Origin: an uncultured bacterium
GTDB taxonomy: Bacteria; Chloroflexota; UBA5177; JANWHV01
DNA length: 64,000 nt
Assembly: GCA_963827235.1 (NCBI GenBank)
Contig: CAWHAE010000010.1
Span: forward strand, 992,001-1,056,000
Direction: 5' to 3'
Shown: piece by piece, positions 54,306-64,000 of the stretch
How positions within the stretch are numbered: the stretch's first letter is position 1
How the letters are laid out: each line of letters starts with the position of its first letter
Translations under genes and position numbers: made by a program
Notes under the pieces: generated by a model
Told to the model about the DNA's origin: nothing
Databases searched by the model: none
Seen by the model: only the letters and a program-made list of their open reading frames with translations

Positions 54306-54324
54306 TATACTACGGATGTAGTAT
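54306..54324 (+). promoter_or_regulatory. TA promoter -10 element with overlapping palindromic operator
   Basis: TG-g-TATACT extended -10; ATACTAC-ggat-GTAGTAT inverted repeat. Confidence 0.7.
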
Positions 54325-54348
54325 GGCGAGATGGAATGAGGTGCCGAG

Positions 54349-54633
54349 ATGGACGAAGGTTACGCGGTAACAAGCATTCGATTGCCCAGCGACCTGCGCA
54401 ATCGGTTCGATGCGTTAGCACGCGCCGCCAAGCGCACGCGCTCGGACCTGATCGTGGAGGCCATGACACGGTACGCGGATGCGGAAACGGCATACCTTGC
54501 AGCTATCCAGGAAGGGATCGATGACGTCGAAGCCGGCCGACACCGGAGCCTCGAAGACGTCACGCAGGAGTGGATCGGCCGTGGCGTGCTGTCGCCCACC
54601 TGGAAGGAGGAAGCTGGCGAGGATGTGACATGA
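54349..54633 (+). CDS. Ribbon-helix-helix antitoxin
   Basis: TSIRLPSDLRNRFDALARAAKRTRSDLIVEAM...IQEGIDDVEAGR. Confidence 0.9.
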   Translation: MDEGYAVTSIRLPSDLRNRFDALARAAKRTRSDLIVEAMTRYADAETAYLAAIQEGIDDVEAGRHRSLEDVTQEWIGRGVLSPTWKEEAGEDVT

Positions 54634-54914
54634 AGGTTCGGCTCACTGCGCTCGCCGAGAAGGACATTGAAGCACACGTCCAGCGAGTGCAAGACTACGA
54701 TGAAGCTGCGGCCAGGCGTGTACGCAGCGCCATTGCCCGCGCTGCTGCCGGCCTCGCTGTATTTCCCCTCTTGGGGCGCGCGGGCCGTGTGCCGAACACA
54801 CGCGAACGGCCGCTCAGCCGGTATCCTTACATGCTCGTGTACCGCATCTACGGGGAACAGATCTTTGTGCTGCGTGTGATCCATCAGCATCAGCAGTGGC
54901 CGCCAGAGGATTGA
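54630..54914 (+). CDS. RelE/ParE family toxin
   Basis: MKVRLTALAEKDI...FPLLGRAGRVPNTRE...YMLVYRI...VLRVIH; ATGA overlap with the antitoxin. Confidence 0.92.
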   Translation: MKVRLTALAEKDIEAHVQRVQDYDEAAARRVRSAIARAAAGLAVFPLLGRAGRVPNTRERPLSRYPYMLVYRIYGEQIFVLRVIHQHQQWPPED

Positions 54915-54981
54915 GCGAACCGCGCGTCGTGTGACAGAGAGGAGCGGTAGTAGTCGCCGCTGCGGCTCACCGTCCCTGGTG

Positions 54982-55067
54982 TCGATGGTCGATGACTCGA
55001 AGGTTAGCCCGGTTTGCGCTCGAGGGTCCGGCCAGCACCGCGATTGGCGGCGCTGCGCGCTACTGCT
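54982..55067 (+). repeat. Diverged direct repeat C, copy 2
   Basis: Offset 791 from copy 1. Confidence 0.75.
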
Positions 55068-55342
55068 TCTCCTCACAGCCAGTGCAATCGAGCGCCGGCA
55101 GAGGTGCGATGGAAACTCGTACCAACCTTCAGGTCGATCGCAGCGCGCTGAAGGTTTGGCCACGTCAGGCCGCGTCAGAGTGGGCACTGGCCTACCCGTC
55201 AGGTTATCTACCATCGCACTCCAGCGGTGAGCAGACACGCAGCCAACAGCCGCGTCGAGCAAGGGGTGTTCGCCCGACGCGGGGAAGCCAGGGACCGGCG
55301 CTGGGCGAGCGCACGTCTGTGTGGCGCGGCGCTGCCCCCGGG

Positions 55343-55828
55343 TTACTGGGCAACCGGCATGGGGCGCGACTTCGGATTCAGCTCTTCCTGGCTGGGGAGC
55401 ACGCCCAGTTGCTGGAACGCGCCCAGTCGATCCCATAACCCTCGTACTTCCACGACTTTGCCGCCGGCGAAGCGGAGAATAGAGAATGCGGTCCAGTGCA
55501 CGCTCTTGCCTGTTGGGGCGATATCCAGGAACGCACCCCCGGTATGTGTGCCGCGGAACGTTTCGCACAGCACCACGATGTCGCCTTCCGCCGTCAGCTC
55601 TTCGATCGTCCATTTGCCGTCGGGAAAGGTAGTGCGACCCTCCGGGATCCCTTCTTTCATAGCCTGGGTGCCAGTGGCGGTGCGTACAGTGCTCGGGATC
55701 CGGGGGTCAGGCCACAGGGCGATCTCCTTAAAATCAGGGGCGAAGACCTCATCGACGACATCCACGTTGCCTCGATTGATCTCCTCCACGAAACGGCGGA
55801 CCAAAGCCTTGTTGTCTTCAGCTGACAT
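55343..55828 (-). CDS. SnoaL-like ester cyclase
   Basis: NKALVRRFVEE, FPDG, AEGDIVV, GTHTG, PTGKSV. Confidence 0.9.
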   Translation of the reverse strand: MSAEDNKALVRRFVEEINRGNVDVVDEVFAPDFKEIALWPDPRIPSTVRTATGTQAMKEGIPEGRTTFPDGKWTIEELTAEGDIVVLCETFRGTHTGGAFLDIAPTGKSVHWTAFSILRFAGGKVVEVRGLWDRLGAFQQLGVLPSQEELNPKSRPMPVAQ

Positions 55829-55898
55829 CTGCTGCTCTCCCTTCCTCTACACGCTTCCGGCCATGGGCACGGTTGATAGATCTGGTGCCTCGGCGTGA

Positions 55899-55946
55899 TC
55901 AATGCACGACCACCAACACCGCGGCCAGCTTCCTCGAGCTGTGCAT
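55899..55946 (-). pseudogene. Signal-peptide remnant resembling the adjacent secreted family
   Basis: MHSSRKLAAVLVVVH* with RBS ggaaggagaaggac, compared with MQSLRKLVALLVVV and ggagggagaagaac. Confidence 0.55.
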
Positions 55947-55996
55947 GTCCTTCTCCTTCCTGCACAGCGCCGGACTCAGCGCCGGGAACGCCCTGC

Positions 55997-56689
55997 TCAG
56001 CGGCGAATCGTCAGGTGGTACGTGACGTGCCCAGCCATCGGATTAGGAGGGCCGTACGAAGAATAGCGTAGGTCGACCGCGTGCCGTCCCGCTGCCAGCG
56101 GAGCGAGGATGACCAGGGTGCAATCAGCTACCGCCTTGGTGGTCCCCGGCCCAGGTACGCCCATGTAGTTGTCGGCGGGATACGCTAGCGTGAAGAGGGG
56201 CGTCTGGAACCGGTAGCGCGTGAGCAAGTTCGTGAGGTGCACCCCATCCACCGTCACGTCAGCTTCTGTCACTCCATCCATTCCGCTCTTGGCCTGGCTG
56301 CGCAGTGCCGCGAAGGTGTCGCCGCCCCCTACCACGGTCGCAGAGAAAACCCCAGCCACGCCGATCAGGAGCGCCTTGCCGGCAGGCACCGTGCAGGTGC
56401 GGGTATCGGTGCCGGTCACCGTCGCGCCGAGGTACCAGACCGGGCCGGACTGGCCCACGGCGCAGTGCACACCGGTGTGGTCCAACCAGGGGTTCTCGGG
56501 CACAGGTATAGCTACACCCCACCGAATGTCCCGGATGAGCCATTCGCCGTACGAGTGGCCGTACGGGTGCGCCTGAGGTGGGTAGACGTAGGGCTGCGCG
56601 CTCCCCGCTCGCGCGGCAGGCGCCGGCCCCAGGGCCAGCTCGGCGAGCACGACCACCAGCAATGCTACCAGCTTCCTCAGGCTTTGCAT
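55997..56689 (-). CDS. Secreted protein of unknown function, paralog 1
   Basis: Signal peptide; HCAVGQSGPVWYL, RTCTVPAGKALL, VTYHLTI. Confidence 0.85.
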   Translation of the reverse strand: MQSLRKLVALLVVVLAELALGPAPAARAGSAQPYVYPPQAHPYGHSYGEWLIRDIRWGVAIPVPENPWLDHTGVHCAVGQSGPVWYLGATVTGTDTRTCTVPAGKALLIGVAGVFSATVVGGGDTFAALRSQAKSGMDGVTEADVTVDGVHLTNLLTRYRFQTPLFTLAYPADNYMGVPGPGTTKAVADCTLVILAPLAAGRHAVDLRYSSYGPPNPMAGHVTYHLTIRR

Positions 56690-57333
56690 GTTCTTCTCCC
56701 TCCTCCTCGGCGCCGGGCACTGGAAACCCGGCGCACGGCCATGCTCTCGCGGCCGGCTTCACCAGTTGCTCGCTGCAGTCCAGGGGTGGTCAGACAAGAG
56801 TAGGCGTCGGCAAGAGCGGAGCGGCCTCGTCGCTCGCGGTGCTTCAGGCGTCGAACCCTTTCTCGGGCTGCAGGTCAGCGCATCCACTTCGGCCCGATTA
56901 TAGGCCCGCAGGTGCGCCCTGCCTATGAACAGTAGAGCGCACAGTAGCGTGCACAGTTGCCGGAGCGGCCACGATAGGCTCTGGGCAGCGCCGTTCCTGC
57001 GCGCCGCCACTACCCCCCATCACGCTCTACGCTATGCATCTCCTCACGGCCGCTCACTAGCATTGTCGAGCTGGCGACCGCCACGCCAACGATAGCCTCC
57101 CTCGCATGGTTATGCATCAGCTCGCTACTGCGGGCACAGGCTGTCGGCCCAGGTCGGCTGTTCGCCAAAGCGCACGGCAGCACACACGGCCGGGGTGCAT
57201 GTCCGAACGTGTCGGCAGTGGGAGGAGGATCACAGCGGCCCGCGATCGCGCTGGCGCGCCCCGGAGCCCGGTACCGGCAGGCAGTGCAGCGGGGCCCCGG
57301 GGCAGTCCGCGAGCGGCGCAGGGACCACGCTGC

Positions 57334-58020
57334 TCAGCGGCCAATCGTCAGATGGTATGTGACTGTTCCATCCCACTTCTGGGATGGATCCTTGCCACCA
57401 AGCTCGATCGTGTGCTGTCCCGCTGCCAACGGAGCCAGCATCACGTAGATGCCATCACCCACCGCCTTGGTGGTTCCAGATCCAGGGACGTCGTTGACGT
57501 TGCCGGCGGGATAGTGGAAAGTGAAGAGCGGGGTCTCGAATCGATAGCGGGTGAGCAGGTTCGCGAATTGCACCCCGTCCACCGTCACATCAGCTCTTGT
57601 CACCCCGTCCATGTTGCTCTTGGCGCAACTGCGCAGCTCGGCTTCGGAGTTGCCGTTTCCATCCGCGGTGTCACACTCCCAGATGGCCGGCGCGATGAGG
57701 AGCGCCTTGCCGGGGGGCACCGTGCAGGTCCGGACATCGGAGCCGCCCATGTCGTTGAGGAGATACCAGACCGGGCCGGACTGGCCTTCGGCGCAGTGGG
57801 CTCCGGAGGTATCCAAGACGGGGTTCTCCGCTTTCGGGATGGCCATCAGCCACTGCCAGAACCGCACTTCCCATTCGGTGTACGTGTGGCCAAACGGGCG
57901 CGCCTGGGGCGGGAAGACGTGAATCTGCGCGCTTCCCGCCCGAACCGCAGGCGCCGGTCCCAGTGCGAGGACGGCGAGCATGACCACCAGCAACGCTGCC
58001 AACACCCTCATGAGTTTCAT
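57334..58020 (-). CDS. Secreted protein of unknown function, paralog 2
   Basis: Signal peptide; FWQWL, HCAEGQSGPVWYL, RTCTVPPGKALL, VTYHLTI. Confidence 0.87.
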   Translation of the reverse strand: MKLMRVLAALLVVMLAVLALGPAPAVRAGSAQIHVFPPQARPFGHTYTEWEVRFWQWLMAIPKAENPVLDTSGAHCAEGQSGPVWYLLNDMGGSDVRTCTVPPGKALLIAPAIWECDTADGNGNSEAELRSCAKSNMDGVTRADVTVDGVQFANLLTRYRFETPLFTFHYPAGNVNDVPGSGTTKAVGDGIYVMLAPLAAGQHTIELGGKDPSQKWDGTVTYHLTIGR

Positions 58021-58497
58021 GTCTTGCCTCTCATGGTTCTAGGCGAATACTGACCGGCCTGGCCGGCTTCTGCTTGGCTTGCCAGGGCATGTCGTTCCTG
58101 ATTCCCTCCTATTCTATCCATCACGATGAGCCCCCGCGCCGGGAGCGAGAAGGTCTGTCACCATGGCAGCGGCTGGCCGGTTCCACGCTCACTTTGCTCC
58201 AAGGTCGGCCGCGCACGCCACACAGGCCGGCACATGAGAGCGCATCTGGATCCACATGATCCTGTGAGTGACCCCGCGTGAGTCCGGCACCGTCGGGCAG
58301 GGCACGTCACAGCCATCGGCCCCGTGAGAATGCAACGGATGATCGCCTCTTGCGCCGGCTTTCTCAGAGCGGTATGCTCGGAGCGAACGCGGATCCGGTG
58401 CTGCTGCCGTGTTGGCGATAGGCGTCTGACCAACAAGGTTCAAAGCGAGAGGGAGCACCGCCACCAGGCAGAACGGGCACGGCCGCGTGGAGGCGCT

Positions 58498-61400
58498 ATG
58501 CAGCACGGGGACCCGGGTCCCCCCTTCGGGGTGCTGCTGCGACGCTACCGGGAGGCTGCCGGCCTGACCCAGGAGGCGCTGGCCGAGCTGGCAGGGGTGA
58601 GCGCGCGCGGCGTCAGCGACCTGGAGCGCGGGATCAACCGCGCGCCCCGCGTGGATACGCTCGGGCTGCTGGCCAGGGCCCTCCAGCTGACGGCGGACGA
58701 CCGCGCCCGGTTGGAGGCCGCAGCCAGCGGCGTGAATGTGCCCGGCGCTGTCGCCCTGGCGGGCGCCGAAGCGCCAAGCACACCCTCCGCGCCAGACCTG
58801 GGGCGAGCGACGCTCACAGCGCGCACGCCGGTCGCCTTCCTCTCGTATGCGGCGGAGGACGGAACGTTCGTGGCGCGGCTGCGGAGCGACCTCGCCGCGC
58901 ACGGTATCGCCGCCTGGGCCGATCGCGCCGAGGCGCGGCCGGGAGCCGTCCGGCAGGAGGGGCTGCGGGTCGCCATGCGCGCCTGCCCGGCGGTGCTGCT
59001 GGTGGTCTCGCCCGCTGCCCGCTCCTCGCGCTGGGTCGGCAGGGACCTAAGCCTGGCCGAGATGTACAGCCGTCCCATCGTGCCCGTCTGGTCGGCCGGG
59101 GAGCAGTGGGCTGACTGCGCGCCGGCAGCGCTGGCCGGCGTGCCCTACGTGGACGCCCGCGGTGCCCGCTACCCCGAAGCGACCGTCGCGCTCGTGGCCG
59201 CGCTGGGCTCGTTCGCCGCGGGCTTTCCCCTGGAGGAGGCACCGCTCGCGATGCCGCCGCCCGTAGTGCCGCGCAACCCGTACAAGGGCCTGCGCGCCTT
59301 CGGCGAGGAGGACACGGGCGACTTCTTCGGGCGGACCATGTTCGTGCAATCGCTGGTGGAGGCGGTGGCGGCCACCCTGGCCCCGGCGCATGCCGCGCCG
59401 CCCCGCCTGCTGGCCGTGGTGGGGCCTAGCGGCTCGGGCAAGTCCAGTTTGGTGCGCGCCGGGCTCATTCCACGCCTCAAGACTGGCGCTTTGTCCGGTA
59501 GCGATGGCTGGGTCTACCTCGATCCGGTTCTCCCCGGCGCCCGGCCCCTGGAGGCGCTGGCCGTGGCGCTGGCGGGTAGCGGCGAGCGCAGCATCCATGC
59601 CCTGCGCGAGGACCTGGGCGCCGAGGACGCCCGCGGCCTGCACCTGTGGGCGCGGCAGCTGGCTCCTCGCCCCGAGCAGCGGGTGGTGCTGGTGATCGAC
59701 CAGCTCGAGGAGCTGTTCACGCTCACCACAGACGAGGAGGAACGCCGGCAGTTCATCGACCTGCTGCTCGCGGCGATTGGCGAGCCGCGTGGCCCGCTGC
59801 TTGCCATCCTCACCCTGCGTGCCGACTTCTATGACCGGCCGCTGGCCTATCCCGGCCTGGCGACCCTGCTGGAGACGCGCAGCAAGGTCGTGGTGCCCAT
59901 GAGCGTGGCCGAGATGCGCGAGGCCGTCGAGCGGCCTGCGGCGCTGCCTGACGTGCAATTGCGCTTCGAGCCCGGCCTGGTAGGCGACCTGCTCTACGAG
60001 GTGGCGGGGCAGGCGGGGGCGCTGCCGCTGCTGGAATTCACTCTCGAGCAACTTGTCGCCTGCCGGCAAGGCGCGTCCCTGACGGCGGCCGCCTACCAGG
60101 CGCTGGGCGGGGTGCGCGGCGCCCTGAGCCGGCGGGCCGAAGCCACGTACGCCGCGTTGCCTTCCGACGAGCATCGCCGCCTGGCTCGCGCTCTCTTCCT
60201 GCGGCTGATCGACCCGGGTGCCACCGAGCAGGACACCACCCGCCGGCGGGCGGCGATGAGCGAATTGACTCTGCCCGAGGAGCGCGAGACCGCCTTGATG
60301 CGCGAGGTCGCCGGCGCCTTCGTGGCTGCAAGGCTGCTGACGGCGAGCGAACAGGGCGGGGTAGGCCAGCTGGAGGTCAGCCACGAGGCGCTGATTCGCG
60401 AGTGGGGGCGCCTGGCCGAGTGGGTGCATGAGGCCCGTGAGGATGTCCGCCTGCAGCAGACCATCGGCGCGGATGCCGCCGCTTGGGCGCGGCGAGACAG
60501 GCCGGGGGACCACCTGTACCGCGGCAGCGCCCTGGCGGAGGCGCGGGCCTGGGCAGCGCGCAACACGCCGAGCGCCGAGGAGCAGGCCTTCCTGGACGTG
60601 GCCGAGCAGGAAGAGCGCGAGCAGGCGGGAGAGGAACGGGAGCGGCAAACGCGCGAGCTGGCGCTGGCGCGCGAGGCGGTGCATGCCAAAGGGCGAGCGG
60701 CCACGCGCCTGCGCCTGCTGGCCGCGGTGATGGCCCTCTTCCTGGTGGTCGCAGCGGGTCTGGGCGTGGTCGCCCGCAACAACGCCTCGGTCGCCTCGGA
60801 TGAACGGACGCGCGCCGTGGCCGCCCGCGATGCGGCGGTCACCGAGCTGGCTCGCGAGCTGGGTCTGCGGGCCGGCACGATGCTGGATAGCGATCTGCAG
60901 GTCGCATTGCTGCTGAGCGTGGAAGCCGATCGGCTGAGCAGTTCGGCGCAGACCCATGCCGACCTGCTCCGCGTCATCAACTACAACCCTCGGCTGCTGG
61001 CATTTCTCACCGCGCAGGCCAGCCCCGCGCGCAGCGTGGCCTTCAGCCCCAGGGGAGGGATTGTCGCATCCGGCAGTGACGACGGCACGATACGGCTGTG
61101 GGGCACGCGCAGCAGGCAGCCCCTCGGCCCGCCGCTCGTCGGCCATACTGATGCTGCTGTGAGCAGCCTGGCCTTCAGCCCGGACGGCAGTATTCTCGCC
61201 TGGGCGAGCAACGATGGCACGGTACGGCTGTGGAATGTGGCCAGCCGCCGGCTGCTCGCGCCACCGCTGGCGGGACAGGGCAGTTCCGTGACCAGCGTGG
61301 CCTTCAGCCCCAACGGCAAGATCCTCGCCGCCGGCGACGGTTCCGGCTCGATCCAGCTCTGGGACGTTGCGGGCCGCCGACCGCTCGGTCCCTCCCTGCA

Positions 61401-62919
61401 ATCGGGGATCTGGTATGTGTATGCCGTGGCCTTCAGCCCGGATAGCACAGTCCTGGCGGCGTGCGGCGAAGGCGGGACGATCGCGCTGTGGGACGTGGGG
61501 CGCCGCCGGCTCCTCCCGCCCTTGCGCGGCGGGCCCAGCTTCGTGGTGCAGAGCCTGGCCTTCAGCCCCGACGGCCGCACGCTCGCCGCCGGCAGCGAGG
61601 GCGGCGCGATCCTGCGCTGGGACATGGCGAGCCAGCGGTTCTCCGGCCAGGTGTTCGCCGCAGGCTCCAGCCCGGTGTATGCCATGGCCTTCAGTCCCGA
61701 CGGCACGATCCTCGCCTCGAGCGGCGAGAACGGGCTTATCCGGCTGTGGGACGCGGCGACCTGGCAACCGCGCGATCCGCCCCTCACCGGTCATACGGGT
61801 CCGGTGGACGGCCTCGCCTTCAGCCCCGACGGCCGGACGCTGGCATCAGCCGGCGACGACGGCACGATTCGCCTCTGGGACCCTACGGGTGCGGGCGCGT
61901 TCAGCCGGGTGCTGGCCGGGCACAGCGGTCAGGTCAATAGCCTGGCCTTCAGCCCGGACGGCACGACCCTGGCGTCGGGCAGCGCCGACGCGACCATCCG
62001 CCTGTGGAGCGTGACCAGCGGCCGGCCGCTCGGCCCGCCGCTCGCCGGGCACGCCGGTACCGTGCTGAGCGTGGCCTTCGGTCTGGTCGGCAAGAGCCTG
62101 GCCTCCACCAGCGCCGGTCCCGCCACCGGTAGCGCTACATTCCGCCTGTGGAACGTGCATACCGGCCGGCCGCTTGGTCCAGCCTTCACTTTGCCGGCAA
62201 TCAGCAGCGCAGCGTACAGTCCCGACGGCACAATACTGGCCACCGGCAGCAGTGACGGCAGTGTGCGTCTGTGGGATGTGGCACGCCGGCATCCCCTCGG
62301 CCCACCGCTGGCGGGGCACGTGGGTTCCGTGCTGAGCGTGGCCTTCAGTCCGGACGGTCAGACGCTGGCCTCGGGCGGCGAGGACGGGACCATTCGCCTG
62401 TGGCACGTGGCAACCCGGCAGCCGCTCGGTCCGCCGCTCACGGGGTACACCGGCCCGGTGAACAGCCTGGCGTTCAGCCCGAATGGCCGGATCCTGGCCT
62501 CCGCCGACTGCGCTATCTGGCTCTGGAATGTGGATCGCCGGCAAGCCCTCGGCGCGCCCCTCACCGCGAGCACCAACCCGCTATACAGCGTGGCCTTCAG
62601 TCCCGACGGCCGGACCTTGGCCTCCGGCGGCGGCGACGGCGCGATCCAGCTGTGGGACGTGGCGACCGGGCAGGCCCTCGGTCCGGCCCTCGCCGGGCAC
62701 GGGGACAAGATCACGAGCCTTGCCTTCAGTCGTGACGGCCGGCTATTGGCCTCCGGCACTGCCGGGGTGTTCGACGCGCCCCTTCGGCTGTGGTCCATCG
62801 GGCCCACGTCCCCGGCGCAGCGTGCCTGCGCGATCGCCAATCGCAACCTGACGGCTCAGGAATGGAAGCAGTACCTCGGTGATCTGCCGTACCACAGGAC
62901 GTGCCCGAACGTACCTTGA
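58498..62919 (+). CDS. XRE-HTH / TIR / STAND NTPase / TM / WD40-repeat protein (NLR-like)
   Basis: LTQEALAELAGVSARGVSDLERG; FLSYAAED...VSPAARSSRWV; NPYKGLRAF, GPSGSGKSS, LVIDQLEELF, LPLL, VSHEALIREW; TM LAAVMALFLVVAAGLGVV; about 14 WD40 repeats. Confidence 0.95.
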   Translation: MQHGDPGPPFGVLLRRYREAAGLTQEALAELAGVSARGVSDLERGINRAPRVDTLGLLARALQLTADDRARLEAAASGVNVPGAVALAGAEAPSTPSAPDLGRATLTARTPVAFLSYAAEDGTFVARLRSDLAAHGIAAWADRAEARPGAVRQEGLRVAMRACPAVLLVVSPAARSSRWVGRDLSLAEMYSRPIVPVWSAGEQWADCAPAALAGVPYVDARGARYPEATVALVAALGSFAAGFPLEEAPLAMPPPVVPRNPYKGLRAFGEEDTGDFFGRTMFVQSLVEAVAATLAPAHAAPPRLLAVVGPSGSGKSSLVRAGLIPRLKTGALSGSDGWVYLDPVLPGARPLEALAVALAGSGERSIHALREDLGAEDARGLHLWARQLAPRPEQRVVLVIDQLEELFTLTTDEEERRQFIDLLLAAIGEPRGPLLAILTLRADFYDRPLAYPGLATLLETRSKVVVPMSVAEMREAVERPAALPDVQLRFEPGLVGDLLYEVAGQAGALPLLEFTLEQLVACRQGASLTAAAYQALGGVRGALSRRAEATYAALPSDEHRRLARALFLRLIDPGATEQDTTRRRAAMSELTLPEERETALMREVAGAFVAARLLTASEQGGVGQLEVSHEALIREWGRLAEWVHEAREDVRLQQTIGADAAAWARRDRPGDHLYRGSALAEARAWAARNTPSAEEQAFLDVAEQEEREQAGEERERQTRELALAREAVHAKGRAATRLRLLAAVMALFLVVAAGLGVVARNNASVASDERTRAVAARDAAVTELARELGLRAGTMLDSDLQVALLLSVEADRLSSSAQTHADLLRVINYNPRLLAFLTAQASPARSVAFSPRGGIVASGSDDGTIRLWGTRSRQPLGPPLVGHTDAAVSSLAFSPDGSILAWASNDGTVRLWNVASRRLLAPPLAGQGSSVTSVAFSPNGKILAAGDGSGSIQLWDVAGRRPLGPSLQSGIWYVYAVAFSPDSTVLAACGEGGTIALWDVGRRRLLPPLRGGPSFVVQSLAFSPDGRTLAAGSEGGAILRWDMASQRFSGQVFAAGSSPVYAMAFSPDGTILASSGENGLIRLWDAATWQPRDPPLTGHTGPVDGLAFSPDGRTLASAGDDGTIRLWDPTGAGAFSRVLAGHSGQVNSLAFSPDGTTLASGSADATIRLWSVTSGRPLGPPLAGHAGTVLSVAFGLVGKSLASTSAGPATGSATFRLWNVHTGRPLGPAFTLPAISSAAYSPDGTILATGSSDGSVRLWDVARRHPLGPPLAGHVGSVLSVAFSPDGQTLASGGEDGTIRLWHVATRQPLGPPLTGYTGPVNSLAFSPNGRILASADCAIWLWNVDRRQALGAPLTASTNPLYSVAFSPDGRTLASGGGDGAIQLWDVATGQALGPALAGHGDKITSLAFSRDGRLLASGTAGVFDAPLRLWSIGPTSPAQRACAIANRNLTAQEWKQYLGDLPYHRTCPNVP

Positions 62920-63524
62920 GGGGCGTTGAAGGCTCGGCTCCGCCAAGAGAATGCCAGGCGCTGAGATATCGGTAGGATGGCCGCGGAAGCCAAGCGAACT
63001 CATGTGTGACATCGGCGCCGGTAGTACGTGCGATGTCGCGCTCAACCCATTTCAGACAGCTTCCAGTGTCTCACGGTGCGCGGCGTGTCGACGCGTATCC
63101 ATGCATGGAACCGCATGACCTTGCAGCTGCGGCACTGTACATTCGCGCCCGGAGCTGCTGGTAGTTTGCGGCATGTTGGTTACGGGATTGCAAGAAGTTG
63201 CATGTATTCGATTAGCTGCGGACTGCGTTCATCCACAGGTGCAACAACTCCTCGACGCGCTCAGCAAGGCCGCCGATTTCTCATCGGCCCGCACAGGCTG
63301 GATACTGAGCAGGCCTCCATGACGCCGGCCCTGCAGACAGGCCAGGAGCGCGGTCTTGGCGGTAAGCAACCGGCCGCGCCGCCGGCACCCAATCGCGCCA
63401 ATATCAACGTCGATCATGCCACGGTCTCCTTTCATGCCCCTTGCTCCGTACGGACCCACGGCACGCAACCACCGGCCACGCACAAGGCGCCGGCCCTGGC
63501 CTCGAAGCGACTCGTGCCGCCTCC

Positions 63525-63998
63525 TCAGCTGCCCTGACCGAACACATAGCCGAACAGATAGGTCGCGCCCGTGTGGCCGGCCGCCACCAGCACCGTGCTG
63601 CCAGCGTGGCTCAGCGCCGCCAGCTGGCCGAATTGCGTCGTCGTCTCGTAGGGCACCGTCAAGTCATGCTCCGTCAAGCCCTTCACCGCTGAGCAGTACA
63701 CGCAGGCTTCCCCGTGCGGTGCACCGTTGGGGGCACCCACCAGCGCGATGCTACCGTCATCCTTTGCCCCGATATCCTGGTTCAGGGCCACCGAGACGCC
63801 GAAACCGTCATATCTGAAGCCGCTGGGAGCCAGCGGGCACGCCGGCGCCCAGGACATGCCACTCGTCGTCTTCACGACCTTGTAGACGTAGACGGCGCCG
63901 CCATGGGTGCCCGTCGGCGCCCGCACCAGGACCGTGAACCCGCTTGCGCTCAGGGCCACCGAGGAGCCAAATCCCGCGGCGTCAGAGTCGCTTGGGTG
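63525..63998 (-). CDS. FG-GAP repeat protein (3' part)
   Basis: GFGSSVALSASG...GAVYVY, GFGVSVAL...LVGAP, FGQLAALS; runs off the window edge. Confidence 0.75.
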   Translation of the reverse strand, partial: HPSDSDAAGFGSSVALSASGFTVLVRAPTGTHGGAVYVYKVVKTTSGMSWAPACPLAPSGFRYDGFGVSVALNQDIGAKDDGSIALVGAPNGAPHGEACVYCSAVKGLTEHDLTVPYETTTQFGQLAALSHAGSTVLVAAGHTGATYLFGYVFGQGS

Positions 63999-64000
63999 CA

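Noticed and set aside
54191-55067. Canonical integron attC sites
   Set aside because: GTTAG cores are present, but I see no matching RYYYAAC/GTTRRRY palindrome and no IntI gene; kept only as unexplained repeats.
59047-61794. Long antisense ORFs (also 5951-7837, 28766-30967, 35723-37531)
   Set aside because: These are shadows of GC3-biased real genes on the opposite strand.

Overview
GC-rich bacterial chromosome segment; the gene content suggests Chloroflexota (inference). About 1-39 kb is mostly core genes: a decayed integrase at tRNA-Arg(CCG), hutU, hutI, ftcD, initiator tRNA-Met, smc, a divergent hisD paralog, sbcD-adenosine deaminase-sbcC (three single-base frameshifts, probably sequencing errors), pdhABC, a DUF929/VKOR pair, three Tad-type pilins and an S53 protease. 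From about 39 kb the window is accessory. (1) A minus-strand unit runs from a LexA-type box through two small ORFs and six 16-bp iteron-like repeats at 22-23 bp spacing to two replication-initiator-like genes, ending 8 nt before ftcD. (2) A sigY-yxl-like ECF/ABC operon follows; its permease 3' end is repeated 5.3 kb downstream and again at 5.5 kb, with essentially the same breakpoint. (3) Between those repeats lies an unannotated tRNA-like gene with an ACT anticodon inside about 700 nt of hairpin-rich non-coding DNA, plus tandem repeats and terminase and WYL fragments; an Mrr tail and a GIY-YIG gene follow the second repeat. (4) An RHH/RelE-ParE toxin-antitoxin pair is flanked by diverged direct repeats. 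(5) An XRE-TIR-STAND-WD40 (NLR-like) gene sits beside a family of paralogous secreted proteins. The best candidates for undescribed systems are (1) and (3). All calls are by eye; no searches or folding programs were run.
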